Program-made: the position numbers and the translations under genes
In this document: piece after piece, positions 17,722 through 27,073 of the stretch
How the letters are laid out: the number at the start of each line of letters is the position of its first letter
Numbering within the stretch: position 1 is the stretch's first letter
Notes under the pieces: generated by a model
The model's database searches: none
What the model was told of the DNA's origin: nothing
The model's input: only the letters and a program-made list of their open reading frames with translations
Assembly (NCBI GenBank): GCA_963676835.2
Contig: CAXXFF010000002.1
Location: 800,001-864,000, forward strand
From: Marispirochaeta sp.
GTDB taxonomy: Bacteria; Spirochaetota; Spirochaetia; JC444; Marispirochaetaceae
Length of the DNA: 64,000 nucleotides
Reading direction: 5' to 3'

Positions 17722-19520
17722 TAGATCAGGTTCTCCATTATGTAATCCCGGCGCTGGGGGGTGTTTTTACCCATATAAAATCCCAGGGTGTGGCTGATGT
17801 TTTTGAGGCTTTTTATGTTCACCTTAACCAGGCGCATATCCTCTCCGATAAACTGACCGAACTCCTTGGGGGAAATCTCTCCCAGTCCCTTGAAGCGGGT
17901 TACCTCAGGATTCTTGATCTCCTTGAGGGCTTCATCCTTTTCCTTGTTGGAGTAGCAGTAGCGGGTCTCCTTGCGGTTTCTTACCCGGAAAAGGGGCGTT
18001 TCCAGAATATAGATCCGTTCCGCCACGGCAAGTTCCTCAAAGAAGATGAGAAAGAAGGTTAAGAGCAGGTTGCGGATATGAAACCCGTCGTGGTCTGCGT
18101 CGGTGGCGATAACCACCCGGCCGTAGCGGAGATTTTCCACATCGTTTTCTATTCCCAGGGCCATCATCATGTTGTAGAGCTCTTCGTTCTTGTAGATGTC
18201 CGCCCGCTTTTTGGAATACATGTTCTGGGGTTTTCCCCTGAGAGAGAAGATAGCCTGGGTGTAAGGGTCTCGGCTTGAAACCATTGAACCCGAAGCAGAT
18301 GCACCTTCGGTGATGAAGATGGTTGAGGTGTCGCCCTTCTTGTCTCCCAGATGATATTTACAGTCTTTGAGGTTGGGTATCTTCAGGGCAATCTTTTTTG
18401 CCGCCGCCTTGGCCTCTTTTTTTACCGCGTTAAGCTCTTTCCTCAGTTTTTCGTTGGATATTATCTTGTCTTCGATTTTTTTCGAGGCATCGTTATTTTT
18501 ATGCAGAAAATCGACAACCCCGGATTTTACCTCCGCCACAATCCAGCCGCGGATTTCCGTGTTTCCAAGCTTGTTCTTGGTCTGACTTTCGAAGATCGGG
18601 TTGGTCAGCTTTACCGCAATGGCTCCGGCAATTCCGTCGCGGACATCCACTCCGGAGTAGTTCTTCTTGTAGAACTCATTCACCCCTTTGAGAATTCCTT
18701 CCCGGAATGCGCTCTGGTGGGTTCCTCCGTCGGAAGTAAACTGTCCGTTTACAAAGGAAAAGTAGGATTCTCCATAGTTGGCGGTATGGGTAAAAGCGAA
18801 TTCCAGCCGGTCTTCCTTGTAGTAGGCGCCTTCATAGAGGCACTCTTCGCCAACCTCTGCATTCAGAAGATCCTGGAGTCCGTTGGCGCTGTAGAACTTC
18901 TGTCCGTTCAGCAGCAGGGTCAGGCCTGAGTTGAGGCAGGCGTAATTCCAGAAGCGCTGTTCTATGTATTCCGTATTGAAGCTGTACTCACCGAAAATGT
19001 CTTCATCCGGGGTAAACTCCACCAGGGTTCCGTTCCGCTCCTTGGTACTGCCTTCCTTTTTTGAGACAAGGTTTCCTCTGGAGAAATTCGCTGTAAAGTA
19101 TTTTCCGTCCCGGTGACTGGTTACGGTAAAATCGATGGAGAGGGCGTTTACCGCCTTGGTTCCCACGCCGTTAAGTCCTACGGAGAACTGAAATACCTCA
19201 TCGTTGTACTTTGCTCCGGTATTGATAACCGAGACGCAGTCAATAACCTTGCCAAGGGGAATGCCCCGGCCGTAGTCCCTGACGCTTATCCGCTTGTCTT
19301 TAAGCTTCATCTCTATACGGCTTCCGTGGCCCATTATGTACTCATCAATTGCGTTGTCCACAACCTCTTTGATGAGAATATAGATGCCGTCATCCACGTT
19401 GCTGCCGTCACCGAGACGGCCTATGTACATACCCGTTCGCAGCCTGATGTGTTCCAGGGAACTGAGGGTTTTTATTTTGCTTTCGTCGTATACTGCCTGT
19501 TTCTTTGCCGCTTTTGCCAT
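17721..19520 (-). CDS. parE: DNA topoisomerase IV subunit B
   Basis: EVVDNAIDE, DYGRGIP, GLNGVG, FESQTK, LRGK, ATDADHDG and RFKGLGE motifs; TAATG coupling to parC. Confidence 0.93.
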   Translation of the reverse strand: MAKAAKKQAVYDESKIKTLSSLEHIRLRTGMYIGRLGDGSNVDDGIYILIKEVVDNAIDEYIMGHGSRIEMKLKDKRISVRDYGRGIPLGKVIDCVSVINTGAKYNDEVFQFSVGLNGVGTKAVNALSIDFTVTSHRDGKYFTANFSRGNLVSKKEGSTKERNGTLVEFTPDEDIFGEYSFNTEYIEQRFWNYACLNSGLTLLLNGQKFYSANGLQDLLNAEVGEECLYEGAYYKEDRLEFAFTHTANYGESYFSFVNGQFTSDGGTHQSAFREGILKGVNEFYKKNYSGVDVRDGIAGAIAVKLTNPIFESQTKNKLGNTEIRGWIVAEVKSGVVDFLHKNNDASKKIEDKIISNEKLRKELNAVKKEAKAAAKKIALKIPNLKDCKYHLGDKKGDTSTIFITEGASASGSMVSSRDPYTQAIFSLRGKPQNMYSKKRADIYKNEELYNMMMALGIENDVENLRYGRVVIATDADHDGFHIRNLLLTFFLIFFEELAVAERIYILETPLFRVRNRKETRYCYSNKEKDEALKEIKNPEVTRFKGLGEISPKEFGQFIGEDMRLVKVNIKSLKNISHTLGFYMGKNTPQRRDYIMENLI

Positions 19521-19667
19521 GGGAGTAGTATCCGTACTGATTGAATTATTATGGGATCAGATCATCATAACAGAAAAGACGGTTTCCATCAAATGGCATC
19601 ATCTGCAGGGAAAATCGATGCGGGGTAAAGAAAGAGGCTGATTTCTCTTCGGGGGAGGATGCCGTTC

Positions 19668-21617
19668 TCAACGGGGAAAAAGTATGGTGAAGCAGACTCC
19701 CTTACTGTTTTCAAAGGTAACCGTACCCTCAAGCTGGTGTTCCGTAATTTCAGTTACAAGATTCAGGCCCAGACCCTGCTGCCCGCGGATATCAAACCCG
19801 TCGGGGAGCTGTACCCCGTCATTACAGAGACGAATCTCTATTTTGTTTTCTTCCGCGGGTTTGATGGTGAGTTCAATCTCTCCCCCTATTTTCCGGGGGA
19901 ATGCATATTTCAGGGTGTTGGATACCAGTTCGCTGACAATGAGTCCGCAGGAGACTGCTCTGTCCATATCGATGTTTATAGCCTCAATATCTGTTTTCAG
20001 TTCAATCTGCTTGAACTTCTCGCTGACGGACTCCACCTGAAGCTCCGCAACTTCCTGCAGATATGTGCCTAAATCGAGGTTTTCCAGATCACTGGTCTGG
20101 TACAGCTTGCGGTTAACCAGCATGATGGACTGGATCTTGCCGATCAGGGTCTCCATATCTTCACTGGTCATCCCTTCCTTTCCGCTGAGCATATGCAGCC
20201 TCACAAGGGATATTACAAAGTTCAGATTGTTCTTTGTCCGGTGGTAGACCTCTTTGAGCAGAACTTCTTTTTCTTCCAGAGAGGCCAGCAGCAGTTTGTG
20301 CTCTTTTCTCAGCTCATTTTCCGCACCGGTTCGCTGATTCACTTCACTTTGCAGCTTATCAAGCAGTTCCCGGACTCTTCCGGTTCCGCGGTTGTAAGCT
20401 TTCTTTACCTCTTCAAATTCGGCAATCTTGAAATTATCTCTCTTTTCAATGCCGGCGTCATCGGGAAAATGGCTCATTGAATCGATGAGCGAATGAAGGG
20501 GCGCGATCAGTCGGCGGGCGAGGAAAATTGATACAAATATTTCGATAAGGATAACCAAACCGATAAGCCCTATGGTCAGCTGGGTAATAAAGTAGAGCCT
20601 GCCCAGAAACTGATTGGCCGGTACCGCCAGCATCATTGTCCACTGGTCTCCGCCGGGGGTGTTAAAGATATGTGTATGCATAAAATAGCGTTCCCTGAAG
20701 GCGAACAGGTCGTAGTTGCCCGGTCCTGTCGGTTTGAGCTTTTTGCCATTCTCTTCCAGCAGAATACTGCCTTTTCGAATGACCTCATTACTGCTCATGC
20801 TGCCGGGCAGGCGCTTGAAGGTGCTGCCCTCTTTGATTAAGGGTATCTCCTTTCCGGAGGTTGCCAGAAGCATCCCGTCTTCATCCAGCAGGGCAAGGTG
20901 GGCATTTATGGTATTGCTTGTCTTTTCAAGAAAGCTGCCTAGTTGGGAGAAAAAAAGATCTGTAGAGAACACTCCCAGCAGTTCCCTTTTTTCCAGTGAG
21001 TACACCGGCATGCTCACCGCAATGGCCAGATCCTGGCCGGTAAAGAGGGGGTAAGGTTCGGTCCAGAATGTCTTCTGAGTTTCCACAGCACCGGTGTACC
21101 AGGGGCGGGTCCGGGCATCGAAACCGTTAAACTCCGCCAGGGTTTCAGTTGGTTTTCCAACATCATCTATGCGGGTTTTGTAGAATGTGCCCGGGGTAAA
21201 ATCCCGGGTACCGGTTATATAGTATTCGGCTGGATCTCCTTCTCTTCCGGCACCGGCAAAGCCTCCGCTGCTGCTGCCGAAATAGACACTGCTGATGGTG
21301 GGGTATTCAAGCACCTGATGATACAGATAGGTCTGAAGCTGATCCTGGTCGCTATAATCAAGCAGATTGGAAAGTATAAGGTTTTTATCAATTTTGACCG
21401 CCTGCAGCGGGTTTTCGAGAAAAACCTCAAGATGATCACTCACACGCTTACAGAGGGATTCCGTATGGGCATTGGCAAGGGTTTCCACGGAGCTTACTGC
21501 GTTGATGACGGAAAATATGGTCCCCGCGGTGCCGATAATTATTATGGATGACAAGAGGGGTATAAAAAGGTATGTAATAAGGGGCCTGCCCTTCTTCGGT
21601 GCCTGATCTTCGGCCAT
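19668..21617 (-). CDS. Membrane sensor histidine kinase (dCache-like periplasmic domain, HisKA_2/HWE type)
   Basis: Two TMs; FDARTRPWY and WTEPY (Cache); EVYHRTKNNL H-box; ELVSNTLKYAF; GLGL. Confidence 0.9.
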   Translation of the reverse strand: MAEDQAPKKGRPLITYLFIPLLSSIIIIGTAGTIFSVINAVSSVETLANAHTESLCKRVSDHLEVFLENPLQAVKIDKNLILSNLLDYSDQDQLQTYLYHQVLEYPTISSVYFGSSSGGFAGAGREGDPAEYYITGTRDFTPGTFYKTRIDDVGKPTETLAEFNGFDARTRPWYTGAVETQKTFWTEPYPLFTGQDLAIAVSMPVYSLEKRELLGVFSTDLFFSQLGSFLEKTSNTINAHLALLDEDGMLLATSGKEIPLIKEGSTFKRLPGSMSSNEVIRKGSILLEENGKKLKPTGPGNYDLFAFRERYFMHTHIFNTPGGDQWTMMLAVPANQFLGRLYFITQLTIGLIGLVILIEIFVSIFLARRLIAPLHSLIDSMSHFPDDAGIEKRDNFKIAEFEEVKKAYNRGTGRVRELLDKLQSEVNQRTGAENELRKEHKLLLASLEEKEVLLKEVYHRTKNNLNFVISLVRLHMLSGKEGMTSEDMETLIGKIQSIMLVNRKLYQTSDLENLDLGTYLQEVAELQVESVSEKFKQIELKTDIEAINIDMDRAVSCGLIVSELVSNTLKYAFPRKIGGEIELTIKPAEENKIEIRLCNDGVQLPDGFDIRGQQGLGLNLVTEITEHQLEGTVTFENSKGVCFTILFPR

Positions 21618-21701
21618 GTACCCAGTATAGTATGAGAATCTCTATTCTGCAAAAGAAGGTGTGGTTAAGCTGCTATCGTTTCTTTGCTTGATTATTTAGG
21701 G

Positions 21702-21980
21702 TTATTCCCCGTCAAGGAGAAGTTCTTTACGGTGAAGAAGGGCATCCACGATCTTTTTTCTTCCCGATGTCAGAAGCCGCTGTACGGTTCCCCGGGAGAT
21801 GCCCATGGCATCTCCAGCTTCTATCTGGCTGAGTCCGTCATGATCACAGAGGCGGACCGCCTCAAATTCATCCAGACGCAGGTGAATCTTCTCAAGTTCC
21901 CTTGAGGGGATCCCCGCCGGTTTGAAATTGCGTGTACCATCGAGCCGCCTGCAGTGCCGGTGTTTACAGTTTCTGGGCAT
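21702..21980 (-). CDS. DUF134 family putative DNA-binding protein
   Basis: MPR...FKPAGIP, LDEFEAVRLCD and MGISRGTVQRLL.SGRKKI; TAATG coupling. Confidence 0.9.
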   Translation of the reverse strand: MPRNCKHRHCRRLDGTRNFKPAGIPSRELEKIHLRLDEFEAVRLCDHDGLSQIEAGDAMGISRGTVQRLLTSGRKKIVDALLHRKELLLDGE

Positions 21981-22852
21981 TATTCCATTCCGCTTATTTT
22001 CTGCACAAATTCTTCCCATCGGGCATCCAGAAAAAGCTTTTCTGCCGCAAGGGCGGGTATTTTGCGCTCCGTTATGGCTTCCACCATAACATTATCAAAG
22101 GGCAGTTTCAAAGCCGGCTCCATTCCCGTTTTACTGCACAGCTGTTCTATCTGCAGGCTTATATCCGGTGCCAGATCGTATTTGTTGATAACAACAAATA
22201 CCCGTTTTGAAAATCTCGCGGCTACCTCTGCAGCTCTTTCAAGGTCGTGCAGGCCGGAGCGGGTGGGCTCGGTAACAATTACAGCCGTATCAGTGCCTGT
22301 AACTGCGGAAATTACGTTACAGCCGATTCCGGGAGGGCCGTCGATCAGAATTATGCCGCTTCCCGCTTTCTCTGCCCGTTCCCGGGCCTCCAGCCGTACT
22401 TTTGCTACCAGTTTCCCCGAGGTCTCTTCCCCGGGAATAAGCCGGGCATGAACCATCGGGCCGTAGGCGGTATCCGAATGGCTGACGGTACCCACCTTCC
22501 AGTCCTGCATGGAGATAGCCTTCTCCGGACAGAACTCGGCACATACCCCGCAGCCTTCGCAGCGGGAAGGATCTATTTCGCAGGGGCTGCTGATGGCCTT
22601 GAATTTACAGAGATCCAGGCATTTTCCACAGTCTGTGCATGTCGCCGGGTTACATACAGCTTTCCGGGTACCGATAAAATCTTCTGTCTCCGTGGTTTCC
22701 GGTTTGAGCAGAATATGCAGGTCCGGGGCATCCACGTCGCAGTCCGCAAGAACAATGTTGTCCATAAAGGGGACCAGGGACGCGGTGAGGCTTGTTTTTC
22801 CCGTACCGCCCTTGCCGCTGATAAGCACTATTTCATGAATGGACACAGGCAT
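21980..22852 (-). CDS. MinD/CobQ-like P-loop ATPase with inserted 2x[4Fe-4S] ferredoxin
   Basis: SGKGGTGKT, DCDVDAPDL, CTDCGKC..C, CEGCGVC..CP and DGPPGIGC. Confidence 0.92.
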   Translation of the reverse strand: MPVSIHEIVLISGKGGTGKTSLTASLVPFMDNIVLADCDVDAPDLHILLKPETTETEDFIGTRKAVCNPATCTDCGKCLDLCKFKAISSPCEIDPSRCEGCGVCAEFCPEKAISMQDWKVGTVSHSDTAYGPMVHARLIPGEETSGKLVAKVRLEARERAEKAGSGIILIDGPPGIGCNVISAVTGTDTAVIVTEPTRSGLHDLERAAEVAARFSKRVFVVINKYDLAPDISLQIEQLCSKTGMEPALKLPFDNVMVEAITERKIPALAAEKLFLDARWEEFVQKISGME

Positions 22853-23687
22853 GTTCCCCCTCTTTACGTATGGTCTGCCAGATTTCCTCAAAGAGCTGGC
22901 GGTTTTCCCTGTCAATCAGAACAGCGGGAATTCCCCGGGCGTAGGCCTCTGCAATGGGGCGGGAGAAGGGAATCTTACCCAGGATGGGCAGCCCCTTTTC
23001 CCTGCAGTACTCATACACCTCGTTATCGCCGATGCCGGCTTTGTTTACCACCACGCCGGCGGGAATCTTCATTTCTTCAAGCATCTCAGCCGCCATTTTC
23101 ATGTCGCTCACGCCGAAGGGGGTGGGTTCTGTTACCAGGACGGCAAAATCACAGTGTTCAACCGCTGCTACGGTGGAGCAGGAGGTTCCCGGGGGGGCAT
23201 CGATTATGAGTACCGGTTCTTCGGCGCTAATATCCCGCATGCGGTGGATTATTTTTACCCCCGAATACTCGCCGGTATTCAGTTTGCCATACATAAGTCT
23301 GGGGGTCGTTCCCCGGGCTGCGGCATATACGGCACCGGTTCCGCGGCTTTCGTAGCTTATGGCATCTGCGGGACAGACCAGAGCGCAGCCGCCGCAGTCG
23401 TGGCAGAGCTCCTTCATGGCTATGGTAAGGCTTTTTCCGGCGATAAAGACATTAAAGCGGCAGAACTGGGCACAGCGGCGGCAGTGGGTGCATTTTTCGT
23501 TGTCCACCACCGGATATTCGGTACGGATCTCCTCCAGAAGCGGAGCTTCCGCTTTAAGGAACAGGTGGGCATTGGGCTCCTCCACATCACAATCCAGAAG
23601 CAGCGCCTGCTCTGCCACCAGGCTGAGATTGACCGACAGGGTTGTCTTCCCCGTACCCCCCTTGCCGCTCAGGATGGCAATTTTCAT
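22833..23687 (-). CDS. MinD/CobQ-like P-loop ATPase with inserted 2x[4Fe-4S] ferredoxin (paralogue)
   Basis: SGKGGTGKTT, DCDVEEPN, CTHCRRC..C, CHDCGGC..CP and DAPPGTSC. Confidence 0.92.
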   Translation of the reverse strand: MKIAILSGKGGTGKTTLSVNLSLVAEQALLLDCDVEEPNAHLFLKAEAPLLEEIRTEYPVVDNEKCTHCRRCAQFCRFNVFIAGKSLTIAMKELCHDCGGCALVCPADAISYESRGTGAVYAAARGTTPRLMYGKLNTGEYSGVKIIHRMRDISAEEPVLIIDAPPGTSCSTVAAVEHCDFAVLVTEPTPFGVSDMKMAAEMLEEMKIPAGVVVNKAGIGDNEVYEYCREKGLPILGKIPFSRPIAEAYARGIPAVLIDRENRQLFEEIWQTIRKEGEHACVHS

Positions 23688-24049
23688 GCCTTGTGGAGCC
23701 CCTTGGCCATGGGGTTTTCAATTACCTGCAGTGCATTGTTGTTAAAGGCTTCCAGGGCGTCTGCTGCATTGGCTGAGCTTCCCTGTCTGTAGGGGGTAAT
23801 GGAAAACTGTTCCAGTGCGGTGAATGCCTGGGGGCCGGTTTCGGGTGCGATAACTGCTTCCGCACCGGCATCAACCAGCTGCTGAACCGCCTGACTTCCG
23901 GCTCCGCCGGCTGCGTTTTTTGCACTGTTCTCTCTGGCGGTAACATCCTTTGTTTCGGTGTTAAAAAAGAGAAAATAATCAGCCCTGCCGAAACGGCCGG
24001 ACAGAGGGGCATCCATGGTTGTTCCGGTGCTGCAGAATGCAATAATCAT
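23684..24049 (-). CDS. NifB/NifX-family (IssA-like) metal-cluster-binding protein
   Basis: RFGRADYF, GGAG and GPQAF motifs. Confidence 0.88.
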   Translation of the reverse strand: MIIAFCSTGTTMDAPLSGRFGRADYFLFFNTETKDVTARENSAKNAAGGAGSQAVQQLVDAGAEAVIAPETGPQAFTALEQFSITPYRQGSSANAADALEAFNNNALQVIENPMAKGLHKA

Positions 24050-24060
24050 GATTCTCCTCC

Positions 24061-24417
24061 CTATGCGTGATGGTGTTCACATACGGATCCGGTTGACTCG
24101 AGGTTTCCCTTAAGGTAGCCCGCAAGGTTTTCGGTAATGGTGCCGGCGGCGCCGAGAATGACTTCAATATTCTGCTGCTTGAACAGGTCTACCGCCATTC
24201 CGCCCATGCCTCCGGTAATAATTACATCCGCACCGTTATCACCAACAAATTTTGGGATTACTCCCGGTGCATGGGGGGGCGGGGTAAGAAAATCGGTTCC
24301 GGCAACATTGCCTTCTTTAATGTTTACAAAGGCAAATTCCTTTGCGTGTCCGAAGTGGCTTTCCACCATTACTCTGTCGTTTGTAGGGAAAGCTATGCGG
24401 CAGTTATTAATATCCAT
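24061..24417 (-). CDS. NifB/NifX-family metal-cluster-binding protein
   Basis: HFGHAKEF, PPHAPG, GGMG and C-terminal CEHHH; AAGGAG SD before ATG 24417. Confidence 0.9.
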   Translation of the reverse strand: MDINNCRIAFPTNDRVMVESHFGHAKEFAFVNIKEGNVAGTDFLTPPPHAPGVIPKFVGDNGADVIITGGMGGMAVDLFKQQNIEVILGAAGTITENLAGYLKGNLESTGSVCEHHHA

Positions 24418-24438
24418 ATTTCGTCTCCTTCGCAAAAG

Positions 24439-24480
24439 TGTGCATATGCACATATTAAGACTGAATACGAATCTGTGCAA
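24439..24480 (-). promoter_or_regulatory. Sigma-70 promoter with overlapping 14-bp perfect palindrome (putative operator)
   Basis: Minus strand TTGCAC (24480-75)-N17-TAATAT (24457-52); TGTGCATATGCACA at 24439-24452. Confidence 0.7.
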
Positions 24481-24546
24481 TACCCTTAGGGACTTTTCTT
24501 GATTCATGTATGGCCGTGAGGATATACTGCCTCAACGGAGGCGAGT

Positions 24547-25029
24547 ATGGGAAAAACGCTGCTGCTTCTCAGGCATGGCAAAACAGAACACCGCAACTAC
24601 AGTAATGATCACCAGCGCGAGCTCACCTCCCGGGGCGAGACCCAGGCACGTTTTATCGGCGAATATATAAAAAGCAAAGGAATACATCTGGATAAAATTG
24701 TCTCCTCCTCTGCTGTGCGGGCCGAGAGCACTGCGGAAATATGTTCGGCAGCTCAAGGATTTTCCGGGGTGGTGGAAGTTACCGACGGGCTCTATGGTAT
24801 CAACACCGATGAACTGCTGCGCTATATCGCCGCTCTGGACCCGGCGCTTGATTCAGTACTGTTCGTAGGGCACAATCCCTGCTTTGAAGAGGCAGTCTCC
24901 TTTCTTGCAAGGAAGATGGTCGGAATGGGGACCGGTGACTGCGCCCGGTTTAGTATTGATTCTGCAGACTGGAATGTCCTGTCAGGCAGAACTGTAATTA
25001 CATTTGAAGAGATTATTCAGGCCGACTGA
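24547..25029 (+). CDS. sixA: Phosphohistidine phosphatase SixA family
   Basis: LLRHGK, DHQRELT.RG, SSAVRA and VGHNP motifs. Confidence 0.88.
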   Translation: MGKTLLLLRHGKTEHRNYSNDHQRELTSRGETQARFIGEYIKSKGIHLDKIVSSSAVRAESTAEICSAAQGFSGVVEVTDGLYGINTDELLRYIAALDPALDSVLFVGHNPCFEEAVSFLARKMVGMGTGDCARFSIDSADWNVLSGRTVITFEEIIQAD

Positions 25030-25057
25030 AGGTCGGTACCGTCAAGGAGATATGTCC

Positions 25058-25333
25058 ATGGAATGGAGAGCAAGTCACATACTGGTAAAAGACCGGGCTC
25101 AGGCCCAGGAGCTGCTTAAAAAGGTTAAAAGCGGAGGAAACTTCGCCGCCATTGCACGGGATTTTTCCACCTGTCCCTCAAAATCAAAGGGGGGAGACCT
25201 GGGCTGGTTCGGCCCCGGGAAAATGGTACCCCAGTTTGAACAGGCCTGTGCAAAGATGTCTGTAGGCAGTATAAGCCAGGTTGTCAGTACCCAGTTCGGG
25301 CATCACATTATAAAGCTCACAGGCCGCAGGTAA
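25058..25333 (+). CDS. ppiC: Parvulin-type peptidyl-prolyl isomerase
   Basis: ASHILVK, STCPS, GGDLGWF, MVPQFE and TQFGHHII. Confidence 0.93.
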   Translation: MEWRASHILVKDRAQAQELLKKVKSGGNFAAIARDFSTCPSKSKGGDLGWFGPGKMVPQFEQACAKMSVGSISQVVSTQFGHHIIKLTGRR

Positions 25334-25427
25334 ATCAGGCATCGGCACTTTAGATTCTGGTAATCATTACCGATAAATCAAGCACAAAGCATTTTTTTAC
25401 CTTAATGTCAAATTTTGAGGAGTATGT

Positions 25428-25658
25428 ATGTTCAAATGCGAAAGTGCCGACGCCTGTCCGATTTTTTCAGGTCTTCTGAAGGACCGGGAGTTTACCACAA
25501 AAAGTTATAGATCCCTCTTCTGCGAGTCCAGCGAAGGTCAGAGAAACGAGTGCCGCCGCTGGCAGTGCAAAGAGAAATACGGAAGTGTTCCTTCTGATCT
25601 TCTTCCCAATGCGAAAGAGACTGTGGAAGAGCTGGGGAAAAAGTTCAGCCTGGTTTAG
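25428..25658 (+). CDS. Small Cys-rich hypothetical protein
   Basis: GAGGAG SD; Cx5CP.F...C...C.R...DLLPN pattern. Confidence 0.7.
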   Translation: MFKCESADACPIFSGLLKDREFTTKSYRSLFCESSEGQRNECRRWQCKEKYGSVPSDLLPNAKETVEELGKKFSLV

Positions 25659-26952
25659 TCTGCGGATTTAGCTGAGATTTGAGGTTTTTACCGGGGGAAG
25701 TGCTGAATACAGCGGTAGCTCCCCGGCGTCCTTTAAGCAGCACTTCTCCCCGGGGAATGAATATCTTGCGGTCGGCGGGGCTCAGCTGATCCATTACATA
25801 GCTGCTTATTACCAAAGGCGCCTGTACCTTTTTGGTCAGAGTTTCCAGCCGGGAAGCAACATTTACGGTATCTCCTATTACTGTAAAATTCCTGCGGTTC
25901 TTACTGCCTATATCTCCAACGATTACCCTGCCGAAGTTAATGCCGATGCCTATTTCCTGAATAAGCGGAAGATTCCGTGCAAGGAGTCGGGCTTTGAGCT
26001 CTTCCAGGCCGGAATAGAGGGCGAGGGCACAGTTTACCGCCTGGCTGCAGGCGGTTTCCACATTATCCAGACCGAAGATGACCATAACCGCATCTCCGAT
26101 ATACTTATCAATTATACCGCCGTACTTTTCTACCTCTTCGTCCCACCAGCTGAAGTATTCGTTCAGCATTTCCGTAATTTCATCGGGAGATCTGTTTTCA
26201 GAGATGCTGGTAAAGTCGCGGATGTCTGAAAAAAGAATTGCCGCTTCCCGGCTTTCGGAAAGGGTGTCCTGTTCTCGTGCGAGAATTCTGTCCCGTACAT
26301 TTTTATCTACATAACGGCCGAAAAGGGTATGGATCCGTTCAGACAGCTGCAGTATGCGGATTCTCCCTATGCTTATACTCAGCGCAAGAAATACCCCTCC
26401 AAGAATTACAAATACATGAGCCGGGTCGGAAATGAAATCCGCGAAGGAGGCTGGAAACGCATTTATCTGGAGCAGGGAGTAATACTCTTCTATGTTCAGC
26501 AGACCATTTGCCAGTCTTTCATCCAGGTTCAGCTGGACATCAAAATAAAAATAGACAATCAGAAAAGACGCAACGTTGGTTCCGGTAAGCAGAAACTCCA
26601 GGGGAACTTTTGATTTTGTATTTTCAGATTTTATCAGCAGTGCCTGGGTTAATCCGGTGAGGATCGAGCTGAACCAGAAGAACATATGTCCCATATTGAA
26701 AACAAAAGCCAGCCCTTCGGGGATTTCCACCAGGGTATAGAACCCGGGGGCAATAAGGGAAAGAAAAAAGCGCGGCAGCGCACGCGTGCCGAAAAATACC
26801 AGCATGGATGTCTGCAGCACCAGGATAAGGAGTAAAACAGTATGACCCGTGTTCTGGAAGTAGTTAAATCCGGAGCTGCTGAAATTCATAAGGATATAAA
26901 ACAGAGCAAACTGACCGGAATTGAGGAGCAGTTCGTTGCCGAATTTTTTCAT
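25645..26952 (-). CDS. Membrane-bound class III adenylate cyclase
   Basis: Multiple TMs; LFSDIRDFT, DKYIGDAVM, GIGINFG and FTVIGDTVNVASRLE (K/T specificity residues of an adenylate cyclase). Confidence 0.92.
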   Translation of the reverse strand: MKKFGNELLLNSGQFALFYILMNFSSSGFNYFQNTGHTVLLLILVLQTSMLVFFGTRALPRFFLSLIAPGFYTLVEIPEGLAFVFNMGHMFFWFSSILTGLTQALLIKSENTKSKVPLEFLLTGTNVASFLIVYFYFDVQLNLDERLANGLLNIEEYYSLLQINAFPASFADFISDPAHVFVILGGVFLALSISIGRIRILQLSERIHTLFGRYVDKNVRDRILAREQDTLSESREAAILFSDIRDFTSISENRSPDEITEMLNEYFSWWDEEVEKYGGIIDKYIGDAVMVIFGLDNVETACSQAVNCALALYSGLEELKARLLARNLPLIQEIGIGINFGRVIVGDIGSKNRRNFTVIGDTVNVASRLETLTKKVQAPLVISSYVMDQLSPADRKIFIPRGEVLLKGRRGATAVFSTSPGKNLKSQLNPQTKPG

Positions 26953-27073
26953 AAAATTTTTCAGATAGGAGCCTCCGGGTATAAATCATAAAGCACAGAT
27001 GTTCTCCTGGCAAATAGAATGAAAAATTTTATGCCTACTTGATTAGTTTTTTTTATCTCAGTACCGTTGATCT

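Noticed and set aside
15769..19520. DNA gyrase gyrB-gyrA
   Set aside because: The A subunit is only 650 aa with no GyrA-box, and both subunits fit the spirochaete ParE/ParC type.
21702..24417. Nitrogen fixation or cell-division (MinD) cluster
   Set aside because: No nifHDK/ENB or minCE. NifX-like and MinD-like here are fold labels only.
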